64,000 nucleotides of DNA. It comes from Asterias rubens. Taxonomy: Eukaryota. Shown here piece after piece: positions 24,401 through 37,450 of the stretch. Both the position numbers and the translations under genes were made by a program. How positions within the stretch are numbered: the stretch's first letter is position 1; every line of letters starts with the position of its first letter. Where the stretch lies: positions 17,670,001 through 17,734,000 of the forward strand of contig NC_047071.1 of NCBI RefSeq assembly GCF_902459465.1, read 5' to 3'. Under the pieces are notes generated by a model. It ran no database searches, was not told where the DNA came from, and saw only the letters and a program-made list of their open reading frames with translations.

Positions 24401-26340
24401 TAATTTACGATGTTGACCTCGGCGTAAATCACGCACCACCGTCAACGTCGAGCGGCACTAAGAGATCGTCCGCCATTTTGTTTTGTTTAAACTACTTTCC
24501 CGCGTTCACACACGTGCCACTGCATGTCCGACCCCTAACAACTTGGCCTCGTGTCCACCCTTTAAATCACGACATACCTCTGCGGACATCAAGTCATAAT
24601 CATTTGAATAAACCCACCTGGAAACAAAACTGACAGTTTGGGTCGGCATTGCGCGCCAAATTTCTCCATGTTGTCCGTCACTTTTCTCACTATTTAGGGC
24701 CCCTCAGCGACAGGGTAGAACAATCCCACCGCTCCCCGCCAGAGGTCACGTGCGCGTACGGGGACAAATTTACAACAACTCGGAGGAGCGGGGAATTAAT
24801 GGACTTGGTACGTAGTAAGGATGTTTATATGCTCTAGGGTGCCGGAAGGTTACTGTTATTGTTTAATACCATTGGCTATATATGACTCCATGATAGGTTA
24901 ATGTAGATTGATATACAATGACGATCACGGGGGAAATATTTGAAACATGTTACTATAGCGTGCGCGCCAACAAACATAACACACTGTACATGCATTATAT
25001 TATGTTATATTAAAACCAAGGTCAATAATTTAATTATTCAATCGAATTGAGCTAATAACAGAGTATTCCTTTGTTGATTATTGTTTATTTGAATCGGAGT
25101 CTCCACACACAAATAATCGACGATGATAATATCAAGTTGGCATGGCTATTTCATTCATATCAGAAATAACCAGATATACAAACAGTAAGTGTGCACGTCC
25201 TTTTGCGTTTTGTCATTACCAATACCTTTTGCGTTTTGTCAATACCAAGTTCTTCAAGCTTTGATTACATTGAATTTGCTTTCTCCAATCCAACCAACAA
25301 AACACTTATTTTGTCACGAATTAATGTAGTCATGTTGTTGTAATGTTAAGTGTCACACCAGGCTGTTTTATGAAGGATTTAATTTGATAAACAAAACGAA
25401 TAAAGTTCAAAAAGCTATACAGAAAGGGGTGACCTTCATTTAAATTGATACTAAATTTATTTAATTTCTCGGGCAGATAAAAAGAACAATACTGCACATT
25501 GGTAAAACATTATAAGATACAGAAAGAGCAATAAACGTATATTTTGGACTTTAAACCAATATTGAATGTTCAATGTTTTGGGGAACACCGAGAGTTCAAC
25601 ATCTCATACTGCTGTTTTATGCAGTCGTCTAAATGGACAAACGGTTTTGAACTTGCTTCCCAATACCTTGTTCTGTGTGTCGCCCCCCCCCCCTTCTCTC
25701 TCTACCACTTCCCTCCTTCTCTCCGTCTGTTTGCAGAACTACAACCATGTCCACTGAACCCTCCTACCACCCCAATTGGTTGTGATTGGATAGAAAATTA
25801 CATTACAATCAATTACGGCAAACAATCGCAACTCTCTGTCACAACTGACCGGTGTTATTTTGTCAGCTTCATTTCCAGCCTGGTAGTAAATCACTTTTAA
25901 TCTCTCAAAATATCATTGACAGAGAATTTGAACCAATTCGCTGGCGGCAATGTTTGTGTTTTTATGACTTGTTGGGGTAATTCTTGTTTTCATACAGTAA
26001 TTATTTTTTCATTTCTCTACGTTGCTTTCGGATCGTTGAACACAATGTGTGCCCCCTTAGGGGTTATATTATGGCGTTACTGTTTCTGCTAGGCTATTTG
26101 GTATAGGCTCTGTGTGGCTGAATACAAACAACAGTTACAACTGGCCCTAGAAGTGTTTTTATAAAGGCTAACTTTATTTTTCTAGTAGTCTTGTATGAGT
26201 AAGGAGGTGGGATATAAGGAGGGGAACGAGCGTCCCTAAATGACTTTATAATCCCCATTTTGGCATGTGAATGACCAACCACAACAATGAACTCAAGAGC
26301 AGAGGGAAATTATATCGAAAGAGGAAATGGTTGGAAGTGG

Positions 26341-26540
26341 AAATAATTTGGATTTGTGGGAAACTAAATAATTTGAATTGGTTTTAAATTTGTAAAGCAA
26401 TCTGGATTGGCTTGTAATTTTGAAATAAGTTGGATTGGTAGGGAAAATTTAAAATAAATTGGATGGGTTGAAAACTTCAAAATAATTTCCATTGGCTGGG
26501 AAACTTTTAAATAACTTGGATTGTTAAGGAAACTTTGAAA
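26341..26540. repeat. Degenerate minisatellite, about 29-bp unit, 7 copies
   Basis: Units such as AAATAATTTGGATTGGTGGGAAACTTT recurring every 25-29 bp. Confidence 0.7.
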
Positions 26541-28668
26541 TTGAGGAAACTTACAAAAAAAAGGGCGTTTCCAAGTACAGCGAATAAGCGGTTACCTTCA
26601 AGATTTATGCCCTCAACCTTAACACAAAAGTTCCAGCAATAAATTTCCGGCTACTATTTATCCGCATTCCGTATTGCGTTTGGTAGAAAACTTCACGCCT
26701 CTATTAACCCCCCCCCCCCCAACCCCACCACGAACCCAAACTACTCCGAATCACTATACGAAAGATGAATGTATTGTACATGAAGGAACTTCATTCGTAT
26801 GCATGGCAAGTATGCAACAACTTTCATGGTAAGGCCATCCTCATTTCTTTAGAAGTAAATATTTATTGGCAATAAGTAATTGCATTGAGTGCGTCTGCCT
26901 CTATGAACTATCAGTGCTATACTCGAGTTTAATTTTACGTAAACAATTCAAGGCTGACATGATAGTGTGCTGACATCAAATGGGAATCATATGGCATGAC
27001 TGCAAAATCAACGAACACAAGTTGTGCATGTATGATATACATGGCATAGTTATCCGCATTGTATGACTACGGTGCTCTGGAAGTGACATCCAAAATGTCT
27101 AGATCATGAGATAGTTTACTGCGGGATGATGCCATTATAAACCTAAAATGATAATGTGATGACTTCAAAAGGGAATCAGATGGTATAATTTGCATTGGTA
27201 GCGAGCACAACAAAGAACAGCAAGACATGTTTGTCCATACTGAATTAATATTAAAGTGCTCTAGAAGTGACATCCAAAATGTCGAGATGTGGCATGACCC
27301 GGAATAAGTGTAAAAAACTACCCAGAAATGGGTCAAACTGACGCACAGTCCAAGGTAAAATCTAATCTTTTTATAGCCACTCTCCGGGACTTTCAAAATA
27401 TTGGGATCGATTCACATGTTTCAAATGCAAATTAGTTTCCACTTACCTTAATAAGTATATGGTAATGAAGATGTCTTTACTTCGAAGGCGATACCAGTTC
27501 AATCTGTAATCTGCAAACTAAACACAAACGATGAAAAAAACTGCATTATAAGTATTGGTCTATGATAAATTCAAACAAGTGGTACATTCGTAGTTTTCGT
27601 CCAAAGTCGAAACTGAAGTGTTTTTACAATTTGCGAAGCAATTGACAGGCTCGATTCGATAGTCATTAAGTTGGCTGGTAACCCTGTTTCTGTTAAGTAA
27701 TACATTTCTTTGCTTAGGAATTGTTCGTGCTTACAGGCTTTATGAAAGTGGGCCCGGTGCTAAAACGTAAGGGGGGCTCTTTAGTACACATTTCATCATT
27801 ACGTCACTTGTTCTTGGCATTGACATTCCTATTGAAATTGGAAACCCTCCCTTGCCAGCATTACGGCAAACAGACTCCTGGCTAATGTAGCGCAGATTGG
27901 AAACCCAATGACGGGGCACACCCTCGTGATTTCAACCACTTGTCACTTGATTTCTCAATCAAGTTTGAACCCCATGACTTCATGTTGAAGTTTGACATCG
28001 AGCCAGCTGGTTATTCATCATAATTGCTTTGGGAAAAATACACCCATTTTATTTAAAGATACTATTTCAAAGATGTTTGCCCGTGGCCGTTGAATGTATT
28101 TTTGTAAACGGATATTTTGCTTTGTAACAGTGACTACAATACAGAGCTAAAAGCCTTACGATAGTGCCTTTGTGGTATTTTATACACAATGGAACACTAT
28201 ACCCCACAAGGGAAATATTTGTTCAACCTGGACCCCATAAGGGACATCTTTAGAGAAGATAATAAGAGGACAGCAATAGCAGGACCCCACAAACAGGATC
28301 CGTGTAAGATTGTGCGTGGTTCACCCTAAAACGTGAACATTGACAATTCCTTGCATTCGCGTCGAGTTGAGTTTATGGTGCAAGAGAAAGGGTTCCAGAC
28401 GAACCGGCGGTTAAATTCAAATTGCTACCAAAGAACGTGCTATAATATCATTACTCGTCAAAATTCGGGAGTATTTTTTTTTTAAACAATTTATTATTTT
28501 GTATAGTATACAGCTTTAAGTTTAATCAAGTTACTGGCGTATCAAAATATCAGATCGCTTGTTGAATGAGATATTTTTGACGTGCCGTCTTAGTCATGTT
28601 GCCTAGAGACATGTCAATAACCACTCTACTGTGTGTTTCATATCACAGGACCAACCTAATGCTTATTG

Positions 28669-29030
28669 ATAGCTTCATTCTATTCAGTAAATCCAAAAAG
28701 ATCAAGACATTGGCTAGATGTCATCGTTTAGTTCCGTCATTTTAAGAGTGGGGTTTTTTAAAAGTTAAGGGCTCAATGGGTGAGGGCATCATATCCTTGA
28801 ACGTTGGAATGGTGGATGCCAGTTATAGTCAACCAGGGTACAATTTCGTATAGCTTCATTCTTTCTGTAAACCATAATAGATCAAGCAAGGCTATTTCAT
28901 TTGGTTCTGTAATTTTTAAGAGAGTGCCTTATAATAAAAGTTAGGGGATCGATGGGTAAGGTAAAAATAGCATTGAAATTGGAAATACTTGATGCTATAG
29001 TGTTAATAGTCAGCCTGAACGTAGGCTAAT
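28669..29030. repeat. Old tandem duplication, period about 181 bp
   Basis: ATAGCTTCATTCT...GATCAAG...TTTAAGAG...AAAAGTTA.GGG recurs at 28669 and 28850. Confidence 0.6.
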
Positions 29031-30264
29031 GGGTTGATTAGGGTAATTAGACTTTTCTAATGTTGATGAACAAACCGATCTAGTTAGCATGATTGTGAGT
29101 GTGGACGGCCGATGGTTACTTCTTCTGGATGTTGATCGGAAATAAGGTCACATTTTGCCCTTTTTAAAATGGAAACATGAACAGCCAATTTCCAAAGTGA
29201 CAATATTTTCTTTAGCTCTAAAGTGTCAAGGCTTGTCGGCATTAAAGTCAACTCGGAGAAAGGAATCTTTTCAGCAAACTGTTATTCCACATGTTGAAGA
29301 TCGTATGGCCTACTTCGAGTTAACCCAAGTTAAAGAAAGAAGGATAAGCACATTCATTGCATTCCACGATTAGGAAACTAGAAACAATTTCAAGCATCCA
29401 GTGAAAATGGCATTGCGTGGAATTGCTCATCATATAAGTCAAAAATTAAACAACGATTTAAACTACATTGGACTCTATTTTGCAAAATAATTTACCAAAG
29501 AATTCAGACATGGGCCTATGTAATACCTCGCAGGATAATAACTCTTTAAGTATTGGGGTGAAAATACTGTAATGCAGTTATCTCTAAGAAATACTTTACA
29601 ACTCTTACAGACACAGATGGTTTATAAAATAGAGTTATATACATAGTAATGTAGCATCTACATTTATACATGGTAAGTAATTCTCTAGAGAAGAAAAACA
29701 CAGTCTGCAGCCTCCTCGACGCCAATACTACCAAACTCATCTTACGCAAAGAGCGAGAAAACTGTAAGAAGATGAAATATTTAGATATACAACACAACTT
29801 ATGTGTTTAAGTTAGAGGCCTTCGCCCTACAATATAGAAGACAACAATATAGAAGACCTTAAGCTTTAGGAATCCATGATGTCCTTTTCTATTGATGCGC
29901 TTCCGTGTACAGTCTAGAAGGGAGCAGCTGCTGGTGATGGGAACCCGCAAGCATTCAGGGGCCCGGGCCAGACTTCGGCGCCGGTTCTCCTCGAACAAAA
30001 ATTGCAGTTTTAATTTAATCATACATTGGAACTGATTGAAACCATATCATCTGCGTATTATGATTTAAGTCTTTGTGATCTAGCGGGAAGTCGTAAAGAC
30101 TTAAGCCCGTGAAAATAGCTCTGATGCCGGTGTCGTGTTGGGGTTTATATGCAATGCATCAAGCCTGATTATTGTGACCTCAAAATATTGGGAAGAGTAG
30201 TGTTCCATCTAGCAATCAGAAACGCCAAACATAGCCTTCTTCTGTGCTTGGATACCAAGTTTAA

Positions 30265-30624
30265 TGGAAGGTACACGTTTGGTAATTACGTGTTAACAAA
30301 TATTAACTTAAAAAACTGACTTGGTAACTATCATTGGAGAGCTGTTGATAGTATAAAACATTGTGGGAAACGACTCCCTCTGAAGTAACGTAGTTTTTGA
30401 AAAAGAGGTAATTTCTCACTAAAATATGAAAAGACTTCTAGCTAGAAGACTTTCATTCCTATCTGAAAGCACAGAAATTCGTCCAACAAGGGTGTTTTTT
30501 GTTGAACCCAACTCCGATGACCAATTGAGCTAAAATGTTCACAGGTTTGTTATTTTATGCATATGTTGAGATACACCAAGTGAGACCACTGGTCTTTGAC
30601 AATTACCAAAGGTGTGCCTTCCCT
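30265..30624. mobile_element. Kolobok-type MITE family A2
   Basis: TTAA|TGGAAGGTACACGTTTGGTAATT ... AATTACCAAAGGTGTGCCTTCCCT. Confidence 0.8.
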
Positions 30625-30914
30625 TTGAGAGGGACTTTGCTGGCCGTTCACGTTATGTGATTCGGAGTCCGAATCCCACCAGGGATTAAGGAGATGAGTC
30701 CCCACTTCACTCGAGGATTCGTCTCTAACATGAAGAGCATTGCATCCCAAATGCTGGGTTTTCATAATGATGTGTACAGATACCATTTTGGCAACAGCAA
30801 CTGTAATTGCCAGTAATGATTTGTTGTTCCGTCTAATGAATAAAAAAACGTTTTAATTGTCCTCTTGGAAGGGAGGGTATATCATTGGTTTTTAGAACCG
30901 TTCGATTTTTTAAA

Positions 30915-31298
30915 AGACTCTGGACACTATTGGTAATTGTCAGAGACCAGTCTTGTAATTTGGTGTATCTCAACATATGCATAAAATAACAAGCCTGTGA
31001 GCATTTGAGCTCAATCAGTCGTCGAAGTTGCGAGATAATAATGAAAGAAAAAACACCCTTGTCACACGAAGTTGTGTGCTTTCATATGCTTGATTTCGAG
31101 ACCTCAAATTCTAAATCTGAGGTCTCGAAATCAAATTCGTGGAAAATTACTTCTTTCTCAAAAAGTACGTTACTTCAGAGGGAGCCGTTTCTCACAATGT
31201 TTTATACAATCAACCTTTCCCATTACTCGTTACCAATTAAGGTTTTATGCTTATAATTATTTTGAGTAATTGCCATTAACCAATAGTGTCAACTGTCT
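30915..31298. mobile_element. Kolobok-type MITE family A (followed by a family E copy at ~31305-31592)
   Basis: AGACTCTGGACACTATTGGTAATT ... CCAATAGTGTCAACTGTCT|TTAA. Confidence 0.85.
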
Positions 31299-33878
31299 TT
31301 AATAAAGGTTGCGGACTTTTTGATAAATCCGGAACGGTTTGTGTCAAAGCGGGAAGAACGATCCATAATTTGAAGACACAAATCTGAGAAACGCTTAGTA
31401 ATCGCTTCTAATTCAGATTCAAATATGGGATTAAAACTGATATATTTTTCCAACCAGAACCACACTACTTCGAAGTGAAACGGACCTCAAACTGTTGGTA
31501 TACTTTCGAAAGATGTTGTTCTTTTAACGAAAATTGAATGTTTTATTGTCATTAATTTTAAGAGTGGTTACCAAACGAATAAAACATTCCCTTTAATTCA
31601 TTAAGTCAGTACAATCTAAGCTTTCCTTAAGGTCAAAATAATTCTACATTTTAAATTAATTAATGCTGAACATCTATAATAATACACTTCCCGCTAATCT
31701 TAACCCTTTTACAATTTTACCAAAAATGTTTTTACGGCATGGCCACGTTTTGCTGAGTTCCTTGATTAACATTGAAGTGTTTATCAGAGATTTGTCATTG
31801 GATTAGCTACACGGAGATTCTATCGAGCCGGCTACATAATTCAATCGGAATCCAAGTGCCAGGTGACATAGAGAGTTACACGCTAAAGGATATTCGGGGA
31901 TTTCTGGGGAGGACCTTATTGGACACACGTAGATTTCCTGTTGGAAAAGAGGGATTTCCTTTTGCTTGTACAGTTGAATCCCCGTTCAGATTTGATTTGA
32001 GTTTGATCGAACCGATTACCCGACTTCACTTAAACTCTCTCTAAATAAATCAACATGGGTGGATTTGTGGCTTTAGATCATTTGAGCTTACCCAAGATTG
32101 TGTTTTGTGAAAGTGGAATCAACTAAAACAACACTATTTACCCAGAAAGTATTCTGAACATTTTTGTGTGTGTGATTTTCTTCTCATGAGTCACTCGTAC
32201 CGACCGTGACGTCATGAGCACACGTCACAACAGTTTAGCTTCACTTATGTGAACATTGTCAGTAGTTACGCGAACTGGTACCGGTTTCTTCGAAGATAGA
32301 GTGCGCTAATTTGATTTCCTATCGAGGAAAGGGCGGTTTCAGTGTTCCATCCATGGCCTAGGCGGCACTCTGTATATCTTTTTCACCCAAAATTCACTAG
32401 GGACCCGTGTGTGGATTTGACCCGCGCCCCAGTGCCCCCACACCCGTCTGGGAAGACCTCGAACCGGCCACAAAAAAAAGTTCCCTCGGTGTTAATTTAA
32501 AGGGGAAAACACACCACCAACGCCTGGTATTTCAAAATGTTTGAAAGCACACTTGACACTGACGGCCATCAATCAGCATGATCATATCCGTTTGGAAAGT
32601 ACTCTCATCTTTTGTGGAGTATTTGAGGCATCTTCAAGATAAGCAATTGTCAAGTAGTGTCTGGTAACCTCCTTTTCGCTCAGTGTGACACCGTATAGAT
32701 TAAAACGCTATAGGCTGCTTCCTTGGTTGATGGAAACATGAGCTCCTACAATCCAGGAACCTCAATAAGGTCTATGTCTGGACGCCATTGTGTAGAACCG
32801 AGTGGATTTGAATGGAAGTTAGCTACAGTTTTTTTTCTTTTCTTCTTTTTAAATATAAATAGTACTAAGATTAACACGGCCTTTGAGTGTGCATGAGCAT
32901 GAACAGCCAGAAGAGCAATAAATGAAATTAAAGTGCACGACCGCAATCGTGGGTTTCCACTTAACGAACAAAAGTTTTGAAAACCACCGTTGTATCAGTC
33001 ATTTCAATGTTACTTATTAATTATACCATAAACAGTCGCTGTGTCAATGATGACAACAAAATGTTGAGTCTGTCAAATACAAGAACTAGAAAGAGTTGCT
33101 CAATATTTATGAGTTGTTCATTTGGTGTCTTTGTATATGCATGGCCTGTGGTTCACAGCAGCTGCCTAACAATAGAAGGTAACAAAGAGCTGGCTGCACA
33201 TCACTGAAATGACAAATGATGTACAATGCAGCCTACTTGTGTAAGAAGAGACTCATACCACCAACAATAGTACCCGCAATAGATCCCTTCAAATGCAGAG
33301 AAAAAAAAGGAAGCGTCACCAGCAACTGTCTGATACCATCAAGCTATGGTAAACTCGGGTTGAACCTCTAAAATTGGCCACTAATTATGATCCGTCTTTG
33401 AGCCCCGTTTGGGTTAGGTCCGTTAAGACCCACATCCTTAGGGAGAAAGTCCATGAATAATTATTAATTTGATGAACATTTTCGAGATACACCAGGGTCT
33501 TATCTAAGGGCTCAATGGGTACACAAGTAGCTAATAGCACAAACCACTTATGCTTACGAGAATGTCAGGTAACCAGCCAAACCACATGTACCAAATGTTA
33601 CTGGTATCCTGCTCATTTTTGCTAAGCAGACAATTGTTAAGTAATACGTTCTGCTTATAAGCATTGTCGGTATAAGATCGTTTTTTCTTTTTCCTATAAT
33701 CGGACTGGTTTGATGAGCTCAACTCATTTATATTGGTTGTATATTCACCGAGTGTTCAAGCAACCGTGCAACAGGATATCCAAAATGACATCCAGGTCCC
33801 ATACGAACTAATGCTTTGAATCATATGTAAAAAGAAAAAAGTAAAACAAAAATGTGTAATTGTTCAAATCATTTAGGG

Positions 33879-34085
33879 TTGAACTAAGAAAAATCACTAG
33901 AGCGGGACTTGAACCCGTAACCTCCGAAAACGTGACTGTGCTCTAATCAACTGAACTATTTATTATGACCCTATATGACCGCCAACATTAGGGATTAGAT
34001 ACATCAATTGGTAGAGCGTCGGCACATTTCCGGAGGTCGCGGGTTCAAGTCACGCTCTACTATAATAATGTTTTTCTTCGTTCAA
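33879..34085. repeat. Inverted pair of tRNA-like heads facing outward
   Basis: Left arm reverse complement ...GATTAGAGC...GGAGGTTACGGGTTCAAGTCCCGCTCTA vs right arm ...GGTAGAGCG...GGAGGTCGCGGGTTCAAGTCACGCTCTA; ends TTGAAC / GTTCAA. Confidence 0.75.
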
Positions 34086-34132
34086 AGTTTTCTCCAAACC
34101 GACAACCGTCGAGTCCAACTTCAGAAACAATG

Positions 34133-34428
34133 TTAATAATAATAATAATAATAATATCGAAGTCTTATATAGCGCACGTATCTACCAAACAAGGTACTCA
34201 AGGCGCTGAGTATATACAAACTTTCAGAAAGATAGGTAATTGCAGTGATGAATTCTGAGACCCAATTATTTAGCACCTTATAGGGGTTTACAAGGTGCCA
34301 CGGCGCATTAAGCAGCCACAACCAGGAACACCGGGGCGAACCCCTTCTCTTTTCGATAAGTGCACTGGGTTCTTTTACATGCGTTACACAACACATGGGA
34401 CCAACGGCTTTACGTCCCATCCGAAGGG
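34133..34428 (-). mobile_element. 5'-truncated SINE with LINE-like 3' tail ending in (TAT)n
   Basis: Minus strand: CCTTCGGATGGGACGTAAAGCCGTTGGTCCC core ... GCGCCTTGAGTACC...GCGCTATATAAGA...(TAT)n; core shared with the copy at 4280. Confidence 0.8.
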
Positions 34429-35446
34429 CTATTTTAGAGCAATCGCCCATTATTTCGGAAACAATGACCTTTCAAGCGATTCATTGAATTGAGGCGAGGA
34501 GGATGAGATGCCAACAAAAGTTGCCTGTGTAGAAGTTTCTTAAATAAATAATGACCACATTTGGGTGTGGGACAATTGGATCAACAAGTGAAGAAAGACC
34601 GATAACGAGATCTGTGAGCCTACCACGGACAACCACCGAGGGGGGGGGGGGGGGGGGGAAGCGGTTCGCGTCCCTCGGGGTTGATGTGTTGCTACAAACC
34701 CCCTTTTTCCTCTCGTTCGTAGTTGTACGCCCAGGATAACACAGCATGACTCATAGTAGAACTCCCTCATGATTTCTTTTTCTCCTAGAATTGTCCACCA
34801 CACAGTGCCATCACCTCGGACCATCGGGGTGATTTAACTAGAACACCCATCAACTTGAGATTCCCATGGAGAGTAGAACAGAGAGAAAATAGTTCACCCT
34901 CCGAAGTCCGTCGATGATGGATACGAAGCAGCCCATCCGCTCCAAGTTTCCCGACCGTCAGCAAGTTCAAAGCTACCCGCAACTTACTCTAGGGAGAGAG
35001 TTCAGCTGATCAGGGACCGGACAATACTACTTATGGTGGACAAAACAAAGTTTATTGGCGACTCATTTGACACGTCCAAGGGGAAATGGCAAACACGGAA
35101 TGCTGCTTCTTATTCACTAATTCTATTCACTGGAACTGTGCGAGCATGTTTGGTTTAGTCACCTTTACTTGTCAACTTAATTTGGTTCCTGACGACATAA
35201 ACGGACCTTGAAAAGTAATTTCGGGTGTAGGCTCTTGACATGTAAACTACAACATCCCCACACAGTCTTGATGTCCAAGGCTAGGTGTCGACATAATATC
35301 GCAAAACAAAGACATCTGCTCTAGCGATGCAAAGGTCGTGGGTTCGAGTCCCATATGAGTGATGTGTCTGTGTTCTTTTCTATACAGCGCCTGTAGTACA
35401 CACCGTTGTTAGGGTAAAATCTCATGTTCTTTATCCCCGATGCAGT

Positions 35447-35803
35447 GGCAGTGGACACTATTGGCAATTGCTCAAAATAATTAACATACAACCTTTACTT
35501 GGTAAAGAGTAATGCAGAGCTGTTAAAAGTATAAAACATTGTGAGAAACGGCTCCCTCTGAAGTGACGTAGTTTTCAAGAAAGAAGTAATTTTCCACGAT
35601 TTTGATTTCGAGACCTCGAAATCATGCACCTGAAAGCACACAACTTTGTGTGACAACGGTGTTTTTTTCTTTCATAGTTATCTCGCAACTTCGACGACCA
35701 TTTGAGCCCAAACTTTCACAAGTTTGCTATTTTATGCATATTATGTTGAGATTCACCAAGTGAGAAAACTGGTCTTTAACAATACCAATAGTGTGCATTG
35801 TCT
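35447..35803. mobile_element. Kolobok-type MITE family A
   Basis: GGCAGTGGACACTATTGG ... CCAATAGTGTGCATTGTCT|TTAA; preceded by a tRNA-SINE fragment (B-box near 35340). Confidence 0.85.
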
Positions 35804-35849
35804 TTAAATCGTTGCGGTACCCGCTGCTAAACCGTAACAGGAACGGCTA

Positions 35850-35995
35850 GTGGCTAGTATCGTGGTGGTCTAGTGATAGGGTTACAAACGTCTTGGGTTC
35901 GAGTCCCACCCTATTGATGTGGATCTTTTTATTTTTTACAGAACTCGGAAAAGTACTGAGGATAAAGAGCTAACAACAAATCGGTGTAAAGGTGA
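35850..35995 (+). mobile_element. tRNA-derived SINE, same family as 19017
   Basis: TGGTCTAGTG A-box, GGGTTCGAGTCCC B-box, CAGAACTCGGAAAAGTACTGAG body. Confidence 0.7.
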
Positions 35996-36530
35996 AAACA
36001 ACTTGTAGCATAGTTTGAAGCTGTTTGAGAGATCAATTTTAAACTTTACTAGAATTTTATATTTAGTTAAAATTGAAATTGCTGACCCCGTAGGACCCCC
36101 ATGTTTGCAAAGCTAGCGTAACCATTGCAAGATGCTATAATTAGATAGTTGACTTAATATGCAGCCCTACCGGAATTGGGCAGTTAATTCTTGATTTGTA
36201 AATTATAGTTTGAAGCCTTCGGGATGAGGGAAGACGTCCCCGTTGAGTAAGCTTACATCCTTCCTCTGTGATTACATCATCTTCAAGTTTGTCTTGTTCT
36301 GCTAAATTTCTTTGACATTGAATCAATACATTGAATCAATCATCACATGTTTATTTGTAAAACTCCAGATGAGTATTCCGTTCTCGTATGATAATTTTAT
36401 CAAGTTAAATTGGACAGATTATTATTCAATTTTTGATTTTGGTTTAAATAGTTCAAATTTTTCTGGTTATAAAACGGGGGTGCTTCACGCGTAACATGGA
36501 ACCTACCGACCGCAGTGTAAGTATTATGAA

Positions 36531-37450
36531 CAGTGGCCACGTAGAACGGCTCTGGACTCTACCACCAAAGGTACTGGGTTCGAATCAAAGGTGTTCTCGA
36601 ACGCATTTTTCGTAAGAAGGAGCAGTGGCCCAGTGGAAGGACTCCGGACTATGGACCGAAAGGTCTCGGGATCGAACCCGAGGCGTTATAATATTATTTT
36701 TTTTATAAATCAAAACTGAGTTGTTATTATGTTTCATTAGACTTGATAAACCTTTGGTGCATACTTTACACAGGATACTATGGCATGGGAATACAGTGCT
36801 TTATACTTTAATAGGTAAAGGTTTTGGTATACAGGGGACTCAGAAAGGCACATGATGTAGGTAAGATTAAACTCAAATGCAGTTTAAATAACAGGACCAG
36901 TGGCTCAGTGGAAGGGCTCCCTTTTCCATACCCAAGGTACTGGGTTCGAATCATGGGTGTTCTTTTTAGTACGTTTAGATGTCAAGAATTGTTCATACGA
37001 GGTTTTAAAATTCAACTCGAACGCATATTTAGTAAGAAGGAGCAGTGGTCCAGTGGAAGGGCTACGGACTCTGGACCGGAAGGTCTCAGGATCGAATCCC
37101 GCTACCGAAAAATTCGAGGCATTTATTATTATTTTATTTGTTTTCTTTTAATTTTGTTAATGATTTTTTTTAGCAATAAAACATTATTGTTTGAGGTATA
37201 AAGTGTTTTAAGTAGGAGAGTATGGGCGGTGGGTGCGCGACACTGCGCCGCTGGTCGAGGCTTCGCGGCCGGCCACTCACTGCGCTGCCACCACCGTGGC
37301 TCGAACCCGGGACCTTCCGCTTCTGAGTCCGACACCCACCCACTACACCATGGTGGGTCCCCCCAGGATAACCAGCATTTTAGACTTGATAAACCCTTGG
37401 TTCATACTTTACACATGATACTATGGCATGGGAATACAGTGCTTTATACT
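36531..37450 (+). mobile_element. Tandemly duplicated dimeric tRNA-headed SINE-like unit; second unit interrupted by a minus-strand SINE (37223-37357)
   Basis: Two heads per unit (B-boxes at 36576/36668 and 36942/~37088), shared linker CTCGAACGCAT...TAAGAAGGAGCAGTGG, shared ~70-bp tail at 36737 and 37380. Confidence 0.75.

Noticed and set aside
27072-27283. 28-bp direct repeat GTGCTCT(G/A)GAAGTGACATCCAAAATGTC, 184 bp apart
   Set aside because: Only two copies, no TSD or LTR hallmarks; not interpretable.
30030-30070. Minus-strand YADDMV motif
   Set aside because: Flanked by stops and lacks the upstream PQG..LSP motif; compatible with chance.
32207-32214. Perfect CRE palindrome TGACGTCA in CpG-richer sequence
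   Set aside because: A single 8-mer without a linked gene model is not evidence of a promoter.
36531-37357. tRNA genes
   Set aside because: A/B boxes are present but acceptor and anticodon stems do not pair; treated as SINE heads.
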